DNA of 64,000 nt, taken from NCBI GenBank assembly GCA_016861265.1, contig BOLA01000001.1:598229-662228 (forward strand). Reading direction: 5' to 3'. Shown piece by piece: positions 8,701 to 19,211 of the stretch. The notes below the pieces were generated by a model that did no database searches, was not told where the DNA came from, and was given only the letters and a program-made list of their open reading frames with translations. Position 1 is the first letter of the stretch, and each line of letters begins with the position of its first letter. Made by a program: the position numbers and the translations under genes. This DNA comes from Patescibacteria group bacterium (GTDB taxonomy: Bacteria; Patescibacteriota; Dojkabacteria; J137).

Positions 8701-9987
8701 ATGGCAAACATAATAACCGCTATTGATATTGGCTCCCATAAAGTCTGTGCAGTAATAGCTATCGTTGACGACGAAGGAAAAGCAAAGGTGATAGGTGAAT
8801 CTTCTTACCCGGCATACGGAATTAAAAAAGGAGAGATTACAGGAATTGATGAAGCTATTAACTCAATTGCTTCTGCATTAACAGGTGCTGAAAGAATGGC
8901 AGGTTTAACTGTTTCTTCTGCGTACGTAACCATTAATGGTAAGCAAATAATATCAAATAATAACAAAGGAGTAGTTGCTATATCAGACAGTGAGATTAGT
9001 GAAGATGATGTATTTAGAGCATTGGAACAAGCAAAGACTGTTGCGATTCCTCCTGCAAGAGAAATTATTCATTTAATACCGAGACAATTTATTGTTGATC
9101 AACAAAGTGGAATTAAGGTCCCAATAGGAATGACTGGTACAAGATTAGAAGTAGACGCACATATAATCTCTGCGCCTACAACTGCAATTCACAATTTACA
9201 AAAATGTATTCAGAGTATAGGGTTGCGAATAGACGGAATCGTATTTAGCGGTTGGGCTGCTGCACAATCCGTGTTAACCCAAACAGAAAAAGAGTTAGGG
9301 GTACTATTACTAGACTTCGGAGGAGGAACCGTCTCAATTACAACGTTCGTAGAGGATTCCATAACTTACTCAACTTCAATTCCCTTTGGTGGAAGTAATA
9401 TTACACGAGACCTTGCTGCAGGTTTAAGGTTATCTTTAGACGATGCAGAGAAAGTCAAAGTTAGAGCAGAGGAAGTTTTTAGATCTGCAGATATGGCAGG
9501 ATCGAAAGATAAAGATGACGATGATAAACCAAAGAAAACCGATATTCTTGATGTTAGTCAACTAGATATAGAAGGTGTTAAGACCATTTCTCGGAAATTA
9601 TTTACAGATATAATTGGAGCTAGGGTTGAAGAAGTCTTTGATCTAATAAAAGCAAATATTGAACAATCGGGTAATGATTTCAAATTGCCTGCGGGAATTG
9701 TTATAACCGGTGGTAGTGCTTTAGTTCCAGAAATTACTGCTCTTGCTAAAAAGAGTTTTGGAGTGCCAGCAAGAATCGGAAATCCAAAGGGTCTAGAAGG
9801 TCTCGTAGATGGAATTTCCTCTCCAGCTTACTCTGCGGCTCAAGGTTTAATACTGTATGCATTAGGTGACGAAGTATACCGAGGCGATAGTAAGTTCTCA
9901 TCTAATAGCGGTTCCAAAAAGAAGGGTGGTTCACAAGGTGGATTATTTGGAAAGTTAGGTGGAATTTTCAAGAATATTCTTCCCTGA
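8701..9987 (+). CDS. ftsA: Cell division protein FtsA
   Basis: AIDIGSHK, LDFGGGT, ITGGSA, C-terminal amphipathic helix. Confidence 0.96.
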   Translation: MANIITAIDIGSHKVCAVIAIVDDEGKAKVIGESSYPAYGIKKGEITGIDEAINSIASALTGAERMAGLTVSSAYVTINGKQIISNNNKGVVAISDSEISEDDVFRALEQAKTVAIPPAREIIHLIPRQFIVDQQSGIKVPIGMTGTRLEVDAHIISAPTTAIHNLQKCIQSIGLRIDGIVFSGWAAAQSVLTQTEKELGVLLLDFGGGTVSITTFVEDSITYSTSIPFGGSNITRDLAAGLRLSLDDAEKVKVRAEEVFRSADMAGSKDKDDDDKPKKTDILDVSQLDIEGVKTISRKLFTDIIGARVEEVFDLIKANIEQSGNDFKLPAGIVITGGSALVPEITALAKKSFGVPARIGNPKGLEGLVDGISSPAYSAAQGLILYALGDEVYRGDSKFSSNSGSKKKGGSQGGLFGKLGGIFKNILP

Positions 9988-10166
9988 TTAAAAAACTTGA
10001 ACAATAGCATAATGTTTTAAATACTTATTTTTAATCCGCTTGTTAGTAAATAGAATTGGTGTTTACTTTTTTTGAACGAAGTTTTTTTGTTTTTTACTAT
10101 CTGCTTGAAATATTAGAACTATTATCATAGTATATAAATACGAATTAAATTTTTAGACTTGGTTGT

Positions 10167-11336
10167 ATGTTAGTAAAACCACAGGCTGCACTTTCGGCTA
10201 AGATAAAGGTCGTAGGGGTAGGGGGAGGCGGAAACAATGCGTTAAACACAATGATCAATGAATATAACATCCAAGATGTAGAGTTCATTGCTATAAACAC
10301 AGATGCTCAAGCGTTAATGAATTCTAAGGCAGATATAAAGCTTAGAATAGGAGAGCAGATTACAAGAGGTCTGGGTAGTGGTGGAAATCCAATAATTGGA
10401 AGAAAAGCCGCCGAAGAAAGTGTAGATTTAATTCATGAAAACTTGGCAGGATCAGATATGGTTTTTATTACTGCTGGAATGGGTGGGGGAACAGGAACTG
10501 GTGCCTCTCCAATTGTGGCAGGAATAGCTAAGAACCTAGGAGCATTGACTGTTGGTGTTGTTACTAAGCCTTTCCATTTTGAGATGAAAAGAAGAATGGA
10601 TTCAGCATTAAAGGGGATTGAAGAACTTCGAGAAAAAGTTGATACCTTAATCGTTGTTCCCAATCAAAGGTTGTTGGAAACTATGGATAAGAATGTTCCA
10701 TTTTTGGATGCAATGAAAAAAGCCGACGATATTTTAGCTCAAGCTGTTAAGAGTATTGCTAATCTTATTACCCAAACAGGATTAATTAACGTTGACTTTG
10801 CTGACGTGAGAAGTGTTATGGACAATGGTGGTACTGCACTAATGGGTATTGGAACCGCTAATGGTGAAAACAGAGCAGCAGATGCTTCAAAAATGGCTAT
10901 TGAAAGTCCATTACTAGAAGTTTCTATCGACGGAGCAAAAGGTGTTCTCTTCAATGTGGTTGGAGGTAGAGATCTATCTATGACTGAAATTAGTGAGGCT
11001 GCTGAAATTGTTAAAGAAAAAATTAACCCTGATGCTATATTTATCTTTGGAGCAAGTATTGATCCTGCTTACGAAGACAAATTTGAAGTTACAGTTCTTG
11101 CAACTGGTTTTGAATCAGACTATATAAACTCAGAGCTAATGAATATGGGCATGAATCCCGTAAATTCAATGGGAAATAAACCAGCAAATAGACCACAGGC
11201 TGAACAACCAAAACCTCAAATGTCGAGCGGAATATTAGGTAGTTTAACAAGGCCTAAGCAAAATCAACCTTCCGATGAAGATGATTTAGACTCATTGCCA
11301 TCTTTCTTAAGAAGAAGAAATAACGATAACGAGTAA
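10167..11336 (+). CDS. ftsZ: Cell division protein FtsZ
   Basis: GGGGNNA, GMGGGTGTG, INVDFADV, C-terminal LPSFLRR. Confidence 0.99.
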   Translation: MLVKPQAALSAKIKVVGVGGGGNNALNTMINEYNIQDVEFIAINTDAQALMNSKADIKLRIGEQITRGLGSGGNPIIGRKAAEESVDLIHENLAGSDMVFITAGMGGGTGTGASPIVAGIAKNLGALTVGVVTKPFHFEMKRRMDSALKGIEELREKVDTLIVVPNQRLLETMDKNVPFLDAMKKADDILAQAVKSIANLITQTGLINVDFADVRSVMDNGGTALMGIGTANGENRAADASKMAIESPLLEVSIDGAKGVLFNVVGGRDLSMTEISEAAEIVKEKINPDAIFIFGASIDPAYEDKFEVTVLATGFESDYINSELMNMGMNPVNSMGNKPANRPQAEQPKPQMSSGILGSLTRPKQNQPSDEDDLDSLPSFLRRRNNDNE

Positions 11337-11365
11337 CGATTCTTTGAACTCTATTGTATGCAATT

Positions 11366-11391
11366 AAAAAGCTCCCTTCGGGAGCTTTTTT
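11366..11391. terminator. Bidirectional terminator between ftsZ and sortase
   Basis: AAAAAGCTCCC-TTCG-GGAGCTTTTTT. Confidence 0.88.
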
Positions 11392-11411
11392 GGAAGCAAT
11401 CAATAAAGTAT

Positions 11412-12275
11412 TTATACAGGCCTTGCTACAGCAACAAACCTATTTTCGTTGCTACCTAATGGAAAGCATGTAACCAGAGTTAAGGTTTTTTTGCCCCTTG
11501 CTCCCGTAATCACCGAGGTATCTGTAGGCTTTACAATCTTGCTACTTGCCATTACATAATTGTAGTCCTTGCCTTCCATTGTAATCGTAATCTCATCACC
11601 TACCTTTAGATTAGGTAGAAAGGAGAAGGCTACTTCTGGATCTTTTGGGTTAGGGTTGTAATTTGGACTAGCGCTGTGTCCATAAATTAGCATATTATTT
11701 TTTATATCAGATATAGGAAGTCCTGTGCTTTTAAAATGCGCCAGTTTTGTAAGTAGAACCTGGTTATAGACACTCTCTGTGGTGCTATCTACATTTGCTT
11801 CTACAGGTAAGTGATCTATTCCAATAGAAGGGATGGTTATATAAAACACACCTGTATAGTCAAAACTTACAGAGTCATCTTCTAACGTGTGTTCATTTAA
11901 GGCTTCGATTGTTAGTTCCTTAAAGCCTTCAGGCTTGGAAATATAGCTGGTAATATCTAAGTACTGGTCTGCGACAGGTGAAACATTGCCCTGGGAAAGG
12001 TATCCACCTGAGGTCTGAAAAGCCGCTTGTATATCAGGGAAGAATTCTTTATAGATAAATACTCCTCCAATTACAATAAAGATTAGTGGTAGAGCAAGAT
12101 TCGCTGTCGAGGACTTTTGCATTACATTGGTTAAATCCTTGTATATTCCCTTGGGGATGTACAGAATATTGTCAATGAAACCCCGCTTTTCGGTATAATC
12201 CTGTATTAAGAATTCGTCCTCAGGGACCGAGAATTTTTTAGGAGTTTTTGTTTTTTGGTATTTATAAAGTGCCAT
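11412..12275 (-). CDS. Sortase family transpeptidase
   Basis: TM anchor; catalytic His (YGHS), TLVTC and Arg (ENRF). Confidence 0.88.
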   Translation of the reverse strand: MALYKYQKTKTPKKFSVPEDEFLIQDYTEKRGFIDNILYIPKGIYKDLTNVMQKSSTANLALPLIFIVIGGVFIYKEFFPDIQAAFQTSGGYLSQGNVSPVADQYLDITSYISKPEGFKELTIEALNEHTLEDDSVSFDYTGVFYITIPSIGIDHLPVEANVDSTTESVYNQVLLTKLAHFKSTGLPISDIKNNMLIYGHSASPNYNPNPKDPEVAFSFLPNLKVGDEITITMEGKDYNYVMASSKIVKPTDTSVITGARGKKTLTLVTCFPLGSNENRFVAVARPV

Positions 12276-12377
12276 TTCTTAAACAAGTAATTGTTCCACT
12301 AATAAAATTTTGAAAAAGGTGTTAAAATAGAGAGCAAAAAATTGCCCCTATACTATGATATTTGTTAGCGCGTACTA

Positions 12378-13655
12378 ATGTCAATAATTTCAGAAGATAA
12401 GCAGAAAGTTCGAAACCTTGTTGATCAAGGTAAAAAGCAGGGTTACTTGACCCACGACGATATTTTGGATGTTTTCCCAGAGGTAGAAGATAATTTAAAT
12501 CTTCTTGAATACATAATAACTAGTCTTCAAGACCAAGATATAGAATTAATCGAGCCTTTAGAGGACTCCGACTTAAAGTTTGCAGCCGGTGCCGCAAGCA
12601 AAATGTCGTTCGAAGAGAAAATTAGAATTCTAAAGCAGATTAAATCCCATGTAAGTACTGACCCAATTAGGGCCTATTTACAGGAAATCGGTAAAATCCC
12701 ATTACTTAGTGCAGAAGAAGAAGTGATTTTAGCTAAAAGAATAGAGGATGCAGAAGCCGAATTCTTAAAGGCTATCCCAGAAATTGCAAAAAAGAATGTA
12801 GACCCAATTTACGAAAAGGCTGCAAAAGTAATTTCTAAGGGTACGAAAAAGAATCCAAGTATTGAAGCAAGTAAAAAAAGAATAGCAGAAAAGGATAAGA
12901 GATTCCTAAATGAGAAAATGAAGTTAGGAATGGAAGCAAAACATTTACTTACAACTGCAAACCTAAGACTTGTAGTTTCTATTGCCAAGAATTACCTAAA
13001 GAGAGGTTTAGATTTACTAGATTTAATTCAAGAAGGTAATTTAGGCTTAATGAGAGCGGTAGATAAGTTCGAATATAGAAAAGGATTTAAATTTTCTACT
13101 TATGCCACATGGTGGATTAGACAGGCTATTACAAGAGCTATTGCTGATCAGGCTAGAACAATTAGAGTTCCAGTTCATATGATTGAAACAATTAATAAGT
13201 TAAGTAAAGTTTCATCTCAGTTGGCAGCCAAATTAGGAAGAAAGCCAACTCCTAAAGAAATTGCAGATGAGATGGGATTATCAATTCAAAAAGTAAACGA
13301 AATTATTAAGATTGCTCAAAAGCCTCAATCATTAGAAGCACCTATAGGAGATGAGTCAGATGCAAGTAGTTTAAGTGATATTATTGCAGATGAATACACA
13401 GCTTCTCCACAGGAATTGGCTACATGGTCATACTTAAAGAAGCAGATTAACGAAATATTAGGCAATTTATCTGATAGAGAAAGAAAAGTTCTTGAACTAA
13501 GGTTTGGCCTAAGAGATGGTGTAGCACGAACATTAGAAGAAGTTGGGCATGAATTTAATGTTACGAGAGAACGAATTCGACAGATAGAAGCCAAGGCTTT
13601 AAGAAGAATTAAGAGTGATGAAATTGCTCAGGCCCTAAGAGATTATTTAAACTAA
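12378..13655 (+). CDS. rpoD: Primary RNA polymerase sigma factor
   Basis: Region 1.1, [45 protein letters not shown]. Confidence 0.97.
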   Translation: MSIISEDKQKVRNLVDQGKKQGYLTHDDILDVFPEVEDNLNLLEYIITSLQDQDIELIEPLEDSDLKFAAGAASKMSFEEKIRILKQIKSHVSTDPIRAYLQEIGKIPLLSAEEEVILAKRIEDAEAEFLKAIPEIAKKNVDPIYEKAAKVISKGTKKNPSIEASKKRIAEKDKRFLNEKMKLGMEAKHLLTTANLRLVVSIAKNYLKRGLDLLDLIQEGNLGLMRAVDKFEYRKGFKFSTYATWWIRQAITRAIADQARTIRVPVHMIETINKLSKVSSQLAAKLGRKPTPKEIADEMGLSIQKVNEIIKIAQKPQSLEAPIGDESDASSLSDIIADEYTASPQELATWSYLKKQINEILGNLSDRERKVLELRFGLRDGVARTLEEVGHEFNVTRERIRQIEAKALRRIKSDEIAQALRDYLN

Positions 13656-13663
13656 AAGTATAT

Positions 13664-13705
13664 AGTGGTAGACTGAAAGAGTAATATTTCGTCTACCACT
13701 TTTTT
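13664..13705 (+). terminator. Intrinsic terminator of rpoD
   Basis: AGTGGTAGAC...GTCTACCACT followed by TTTTT. Confidence 0.75.
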
Positions 13706-13706
13706 A

Positions 13707-14594
13707 ATGTATACAGATTTAAGTAATAAAGCTTCGAATAAAAATACTTCAGAAAGATACAGAATTTGGTTATTACAATCCCAATACGATTTAAAAGCCG
13801 CAGAAGAATCCCTTAAAGATAGATACTATGAGTGGTCATGCTATCAATCAGTGCAATCGGTAGAGAAAGCTCTTAAGGCAGTTATTATTCATGCTGGTTG
13901 GAGATCTCCAATGACCCATAAACTTGGTGTGCTGCTAAGCATGTGCAACAGAGCAAATGATAGTTTTAGAACAGTAAAATTCAATTTTAGAAAGATTGAG
14001 GCCTACACCTTTATTACAAGATATCCATTTATTTATCCTGATCAAAATATTACACCTCATGACTTAATAACCGAGAATGACGCCAAAACTTGTTTGGATA
14101 TTGCAACTTCTATGATTAACAAGGTAGAGGAATTTCTTCATCAGAAAAAGCCGAATTCACAAGATAAAGGCGATATTGATCTTGAAAATTACTACTTCAC
14201 TCCGGAAGAAGTTGAAGCAAGGCTAGAATCAGTTATAAAAGAACTATCTTCTGATTCACAATTACATGTTTCCAAAATTGTACTATTTGGTTCTTTTTCA
14301 AGAGAAAAATTACACCCAAGATCAAGCACTATGGATATGTTAATAGTTGCCGAAACAGAATTGCCATTCATTGAGAGAATTCAATATGTAAGAGAATTAA
14401 CTAAAGATGAGGAGCCAATTATTGAACCATTGATCTATACATCAAAAGAATTCGACTTTATGCTTAAGGACGAAAGAGAAGGTTATGTTGAAAGTGCAAT
14501 TGATGAGGGAAAAGTTTTGTTTGATAGATCCATTTCTGATACTAATGCAGATCAGGTGGGTGTACAGGAAGCCGCCCCAAGAATCACGACCTAA
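13707..14594 (+). CDS. HEPN domain plus minimal nucleotidyltransferase (MNT) fusion protein
   Basis: WLLQSQYDL..A, QSVEKALKA, THKL, TRYP (HEPN); IVLFGSFSRE..MDMLIV (MNT). Confidence 0.85.
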   Translation: MYTDLSNKASNKNTSERYRIWLLQSQYDLKAAEESLKDRYYEWSCYQSVQSVEKALKAVIIHAGWRSPMTHKLGVLLSMCNRANDSFRTVKFNFRKIEAYTFITRYPFIYPDQNITPHDLITENDAKTCLDIATSMINKVEEFLHQKKPNSQDKGDIDLENYYFTPEEVEARLESVIKELSSDSQLHVSKIVLFGSFSREKLHPRSSTMDMLIVAETELPFIERIQYVRELTKDEEPIIEPLIYTSKEFDFMLKDEREGYVESAIDEGKVLFDRSISDTNADQVGVQEAAPRITT

Positions 14595-14691
14595 TTTGTA
14601 TTGCCATACAAAGAAAATAATTAATCAAGCTGTAAGAATATTGTAAATATTTCCTAATAAATTGGAAGTATTAATTTTTATAATTCTTTTT

Positions 14692-15696
14692 ATGCGAGTT
14701 CGTAAAAAGCACATTCTTACAGTTCTTCTGTTGGGAACTCTAGGAGTTAATATCCCGATACTGGCTGCCGTAGGGCAGTGGTCTGTTTCGGGAAACAACA
14801 TGTATTATATTGATGGTTTGGTGGGCATCGGTAAAGATGTTCCATCTTCTCCATTGCACATTCAAAAGTCTTCAGTAATTGATACTGCCCAAAGAGTTGA
14901 ATTGGAGGGTAGTCTATCTGGTGCAGATTGGGAGGCAATTAGAATTAATGCCAATGCTAATTTCTCAAACTCAAATTCAATATCTTGGGAGTTTGATAGT
15001 ATAAATGGTGCAACCGGTCCTGCAATATCGGCGTATAGAACCTCCGGTGCAGATACGGATTTAACATTATCTGCGACAAAAAATGATTTGAGAAATGAAA
15101 TCATACGTTTGAAAGGTGCAACTGGAAATGTCGGAATTGGCAATAATGCACCCGGGGCTAAACTTGATGTAAAAGGGAATAATAATTTAGGCAATAGTCC
15201 AAATGTAGTAGCAGCTTTTAGAGCAAATAATCATGCCGGTGTAATTATAGGTAGTTTGAATGGTAATACACCATATATTGGTGATGATCCAGGTGCAAGT
15301 TCCTCTGTTGGGTTATCCTTTTTTACTAATGGACAAGAACGAATGAGGATTAAAAACGATAATGGGAATATTGGAATCGGCACAACAAATCCTAAACACA
15401 AATTATCGGTTAACGGAACTATTCTAGCCAAAGAAGTTATTGTTTCGATTGCTGGTTCAAATTGGCCTGACTATGTTTTTGAGGATGGATATAAACTTAG
15501 TCCTTTATCCGAAGTAGAAAATTATATAAAGGAAAATAATCATTTGCCAAATATACCTAGTGCAAAAGAAGTTGAAGAAAAGGGTATTTCCTTAGGAGAA
15601 ATGCAAAAAATGCAAATGGCAAAAATAGAGGAACTGACTTTGTATATTATTGAGCTTGAAGCAAGGATAAGTAAATTGGAAAATGGAGATAATTAA
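14692..15696 (+). CDS. Secreted fibre-like protein (GxxGIG repeats, C-terminal WPDYVF...KIEELTLY chaperone-like domain and coiled coil)
   Basis: Signal peptide after MRVRKK; repeats GLVGIG, GNVGIG, GNIGIGTTNP; C-terminus typical of Bacteroidota tail-fibre-like proteins. Confidence 0.75.
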   Translation: MRVRKKHILTVLLLGTLGVNIPILAAVGQWSVSGNNMYYIDGLVGIGKDVPSSPLHIQKSSVIDTAQRVELEGSLSGADWEAIRINANANFSNSNSISWEFDSINGATGPAISAYRTSGADTDLTLSATKNDLRNEIIRLKGATGNVGIGNNAPGAKLDVKGNNNLGNSPNVVAAFRANNHAGVIIGSLNGNTPYIGDDPGASSSVGLSFFTNGQERMRIKNDNGNIGIGTTNPKHKLSVNGTILAKEVIVSIAGSNWPDYVFEDGYKLSPLSEVENYIKENNHLPNIPSAKEVEEKGISLGEMQKMQMAKIEELTLYIIELEARISKLENGDN

Positions 15697-15718
15697 TTTA
15701 ATTATTGATATTTGATAT

Positions 15719-16393
15719 ATGAGAAAATTTGTGATATTCGCAGGGGCTTTAGTGATATTTGGAATAGGTGCTGCCGTCTTCTTACTCACTAATAACAGCA
15801 GTAGTGATACTGAAAATTTTACCCATCCTTTAAATGAAAGTTGGACTATTAAAGATGGTTATAGTCAGATTGATAATCAAGAATCCAGCTATAGATTTCA
15901 ATATAGATCAAGTTTATTTGTCACCGATACTCCAAGAGATGACTTCGTACATATTTTAGATGGCAATACCATAGCACTAGCATCTAAACCTTCCAGAGGA
16001 TATCAATTACCCCAAGTGAGTATAATATCGTTAGATAGATCTATTATGGGAGGTATGTCTCTTGAGAATTGGGTTAAGTATGCGTCATCAATGAGCTCGG
16101 AAGATATTCAATCAGATCATGAAAGATATAGATACTTAACAAACGGTTACAAAGTAATTTCGGAAGGGAAGATCTTCTTTTTAGTGGATCTAACTGGGTT
16201 CTCCAATACCCCACCAATTTTATTGTTTGATAATGGCAACAAGCTGATAGAAGTAGCAAGCTATTGGGCTGATGATCTATACTTTGAAATTTTACAGGAC
16301 TTTCAAGTCAAGTTCGATGATGGTTATCTACAGTTAACCAATGAGGAAGTAAATATTATTAAGACATACTATGAAGAAAATGACGTTTATTAA
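15719..16393 (+). CDS. Membrane-anchored/secreted hypothetical protein (PsbP-like)
   Basis: N-terminal hydrophobic helix; YRFQY and SLENWV motifs shared with neighbours. Confidence 0.55.
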   Translation: MRKFVIFAGALVIFGIGAAVFLLTNNSSSDTENFTHPLNESWTIKDGYSQIDNQESSYRFQYRSSLFVTDTPRDDFVHILDGNTIALASKPSRGYQLPQVSIISLDRSIMGGMSLENWVKYASSMSSEDIQSDHERYRYLTNGYKVISEGKIFFLVDLTGFSNTPPILLFDNGNKLIEVASYWADDLYFEILQDFQVKFDDGYLQLTNEEVNIIKTYYEENDVY

Positions 16394-17759
16394 AGTATTT
16401 GCACTAATCTTAATATCTTTCACACTATTATCAGGTTTCGATATTAGAGCAATTAAAAATGATGATTTACCTACTTCATTTGAAGCAAATAAGCTCACAG
16501 GTGGGATTGTAAGCTATCCTGTTAGTTCGCCAAAACCTCCATCCATAAAATTTGGAGATAGTATAAGTATTGATACAGCTTCGCTAGATGAAGCCAGATT
16601 CTTTGATTCTACCGATAATATTGAATACAGTGGTATTCTTAAAATCAGAGATACTCCATTTGAAGTTACACTTTTTCGTAATAGTCAAAATTTAAAGCTT
16701 CGGGAATGGGTAAATACTTTTTATCCACTTAATACAGTAGATGAAGATGGCTTCCTGAGCGATTTTACCGCTAAGCAATCCAGGGAGTTAAGTGCCAATA
16801 CTATGAGTTTATTGAATAAATATGAAGGTACCTATTATATTAGCTATCTTAAGGAGTACGAAAGAAAAGTACTATCATTGACATTCTCTATTGAGTATTA
16901 CGATGCAAATGATATTGATGAAATACTCAGCATGGTAAAAGTTGCAGGGAAACAATTTGATGATAATATATTCTCAGGAAAACAAGAGTTCAATCGTCTA
17001 AAAGATAGATTGATAGAATACAACAAAGAGAAAAATAATGTAAATCATTATGAGATAAGAACTAGAAAACTTGGAGCGGATACAGTTTACTATTTACCTT
17101 GGACGAAAGACCAAACATATCCAATAACACAGGATTGGGGAATCAATGATAATCCTATTGATTATAATTTGTCTCATTCCACTCAACCGAATGGGTATGC
17201 ATACGATTTTGGACTACCCGAAGGAACTGATGTACTGGCATCTAGTGAGGGCACTGTAACATATGCTCGCTCAGGATCGACAAGTTGTGGTGGGCCAAGT
17301 TATATAAATAGTGCAAATTATGTAGTAATAGCACATGCAGATGGTAAGGCTACTAACTATTATCATCTTCAGTCTATAAATGTTTCGGTAGGAGATAATG
17401 TGCAACAAGGGCAGTTAATCGGGAAGTCAGGAAAAACTGGATTTACTGCTGAATTTGATGGTGGGTCCTGTGCACCTCATTTACATTTTCAAAAACAAAT
17501 TCAGGGAGCAAGTTATACAGACTCAGTTCCAGTTATCTTCGCTGAATATTCAAATCAACCCGGTGACGGAGAAATTCCTTATCCTATGTCCGTTACTTCG
17601 CAAAATGAACTTACTACTGGTGGAGGCTCAAATTGTTTAGTTAAAACCGATTGGATAACTAATGGCCCAAATACAATATCAAATTCGAATTGTATTACGA
17701 TTAGGTCCGAATCTACGATTAGATCAATAAATGGTACAACTCGTTTTTATATACAATAA
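16371..17759 (+). CDS. Secreted M23 family metallopeptidase
   Basis: Signal peptide; H...YAYDF, GTDVLASSEG.V, YYHL, GQLIGKSGKTG, PHLHF. Confidence 0.9.
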   Translation: MKKMTFIKVFALILISFTLLSGFDIRAIKNDDLPTSFEANKLTGGIVSYPVSSPKPPSIKFGDSISIDTASLDEARFFDSTDNIEYSGILKIRDTPFEVTLFRNSQNLKLREWVNTFYPLNTVDEDGFLSDFTAKQSRELSANTMSLLNKYEGTYYISYLKEYERKVLSLTFSIEYYDANDIDEILSMVKVAGKQFDDNIFSGKQEFNRLKDRLIEYNKEKNNVNHYEIRTRKLGADTVYYLPWTKDQTYPITQDWGINDNPIDYNLSHSTQPNGYAYDFGLPEGTDVLASSEGTVTYARSGSTSCGGPSYINSANYVVIAHADGKATNYYHLQSINVSVGDNVQQGQLIGKSGKTGFTAEFDGGSCAPHLHFQKQIQGASYTDSVPVIFAEYSNQPGDGEIPYPMSVTSQNELTTGGGSNCLVKTDWITNGPNTISNSNCITIRSESTIRSINGTTRFYIQ

Positions 17760-17771
17760 GTCAAAACCAAT

Positions 17772-18445
17772 ATGAGAATTAATAATAAATATACATACTT
17801 CATTATTCTTTTTATCTTGCTAGGTATTATCTTCTATCTCTATCAAGCGATGCAATCCAGTGTAACTTCGACTCCGTTAAATGATGATACATCAATAATT
17901 AACTCTAATGAAAGCGATACAAATACTGGAGATTATCAAAGTAATACTGATTCTGGAAATTTATCATCAGACGTGAATAAACCATACACATTCTTGTACT
18001 CCTCTGAATTAGTAAATAAAAAAGAAGATAAAGTTCCTGGCAATATAGATTACGCAGAGTTTGTGACAACAACCGAAGCGTACTCTCACTCACTATACCA
18101 GATGCCGGGAATTTATCTTTACTTCTATCCTTTTCAAAAAGATCTTGGTAGTTGGTTTAATGATAGAAGGGCAATTAATGTAGGTGAACTATCTCAAGAA
18201 AAGCTTTTTATAGCAGATAATCCACAGGGAATTCGATCGTATTTAGTAACAAAACTCCTATGATTGATTCTATTTCTGTTTTAGTAAAGTTGAACTCGGG
18301 GATACTAATGTTTCACAATCTGAACTACGGTTCAGATGCAATGTTTAATCCAATTCTTCTTAATGTGCTGGAGAGCCTTAAAGAAAATGGAAATTTAGTT
18401 CTATCAGAAAGAGACATAAAACAAATTAATGAATTTTTAAAATAA
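17772..18445 (+). pseudogene. Probably frameshifted paralog of 15719..16393 (ORFs 17772..18263 and 18260..18445)
   Basis: Span is 674 nt versus 675 nt for the paralog; the first ORF matches its N-terminal part and the second ORF its C-terminus; the -1 frame is open before the second ATG. Confidence 0.55.
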
Positions 18446-18449
18446 TTAA

Positions 18450-19211
18450 ATGAAGACAATATTAATATATATGTTTATTTTCTCAATACTTGTAGGTAGT
18501 GTAGTTGCTGTAAATGCTGAGAGTAGATTTATCTCTTATCCAATACAAACAAATACAGAACTTCTTCAATACAATGTTTCCGAGAAAATGGAGTTAAATG
18601 AAGTTATGAAAGATCAAAAAGATATAAATCTACAGGATCTAGGTTTAGGGGTTCTTAATAAGAAAAGGGATCTGTACTACTACACCACAAAAGATCATAA
18701 TAGTTGGGGGGCTAATAAATTTATTAATGTATATTCATTAAAAGAGAAACGTATCATTCAAAGGATTCCTTTTGACAACACGGGATACTATAAATACCCT
18801 ATTTCAATTAGCCCAGATAATAAAAAGATTGTCCTAGCTGAAAGAGCGCAGAGCGTGGGCGAAGTTAATATCTTGGTAATAGATTCGGATACAGGTAATA
18901 CCTTAACCATATTTACAAAAGCTTATGCCCCTACCGCGGTATGGCTAGATTCTGATTCTGTAGTAACCATGTTTCCTCGCGTTAGTTGCTCAAGTAATAG
19001 ATACTGCGACCTCGATGGTATTAACTTAAAGCTAAGTAATCTGAAAATAAAAGAAGATAGACAGTTAGAGGTTAGTGGTAATGAAGTTTCACTGCAACTA
19101 GACCATCTAGAGTTAATTTCTGACAAAATAAATATTAGGTCGAAGCTACGAGAAGACAGCGAGCATGAGTCAAGGTTACAATTAAATGTTAAATTATTAA
19201 AGAATGAATAA
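18450..19211 (+). CDS. Secreted partial beta-propeller (TolB/WD40-like) protein
   Basis: Signal peptide; SISPDNKKIVL and AVWLDSDSVV blade motifs. Confidence 0.55.
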   Translation: MKTILIYMFIFSILVGSVVAVNAESRFISYPIQTNTELLQYNVSEKMELNEVMKDQKDINLQDLGLGVLNKKRDLYYYTTKDHNSWGANKFINVYSLKEKRIIQRIPFDNTGYYKYPISISPDNKKIVLAERAQSVGEVNILVIDSDTGNTLTIFTKAYAPTAVWLDSDSVVTMFPRVSCSSNRYCDLDGINLKLSNLKIKEDRQLEVSGNEVSLQLDHLELISDKINIRSKLREDSEHESRLQLNVKLLKNE

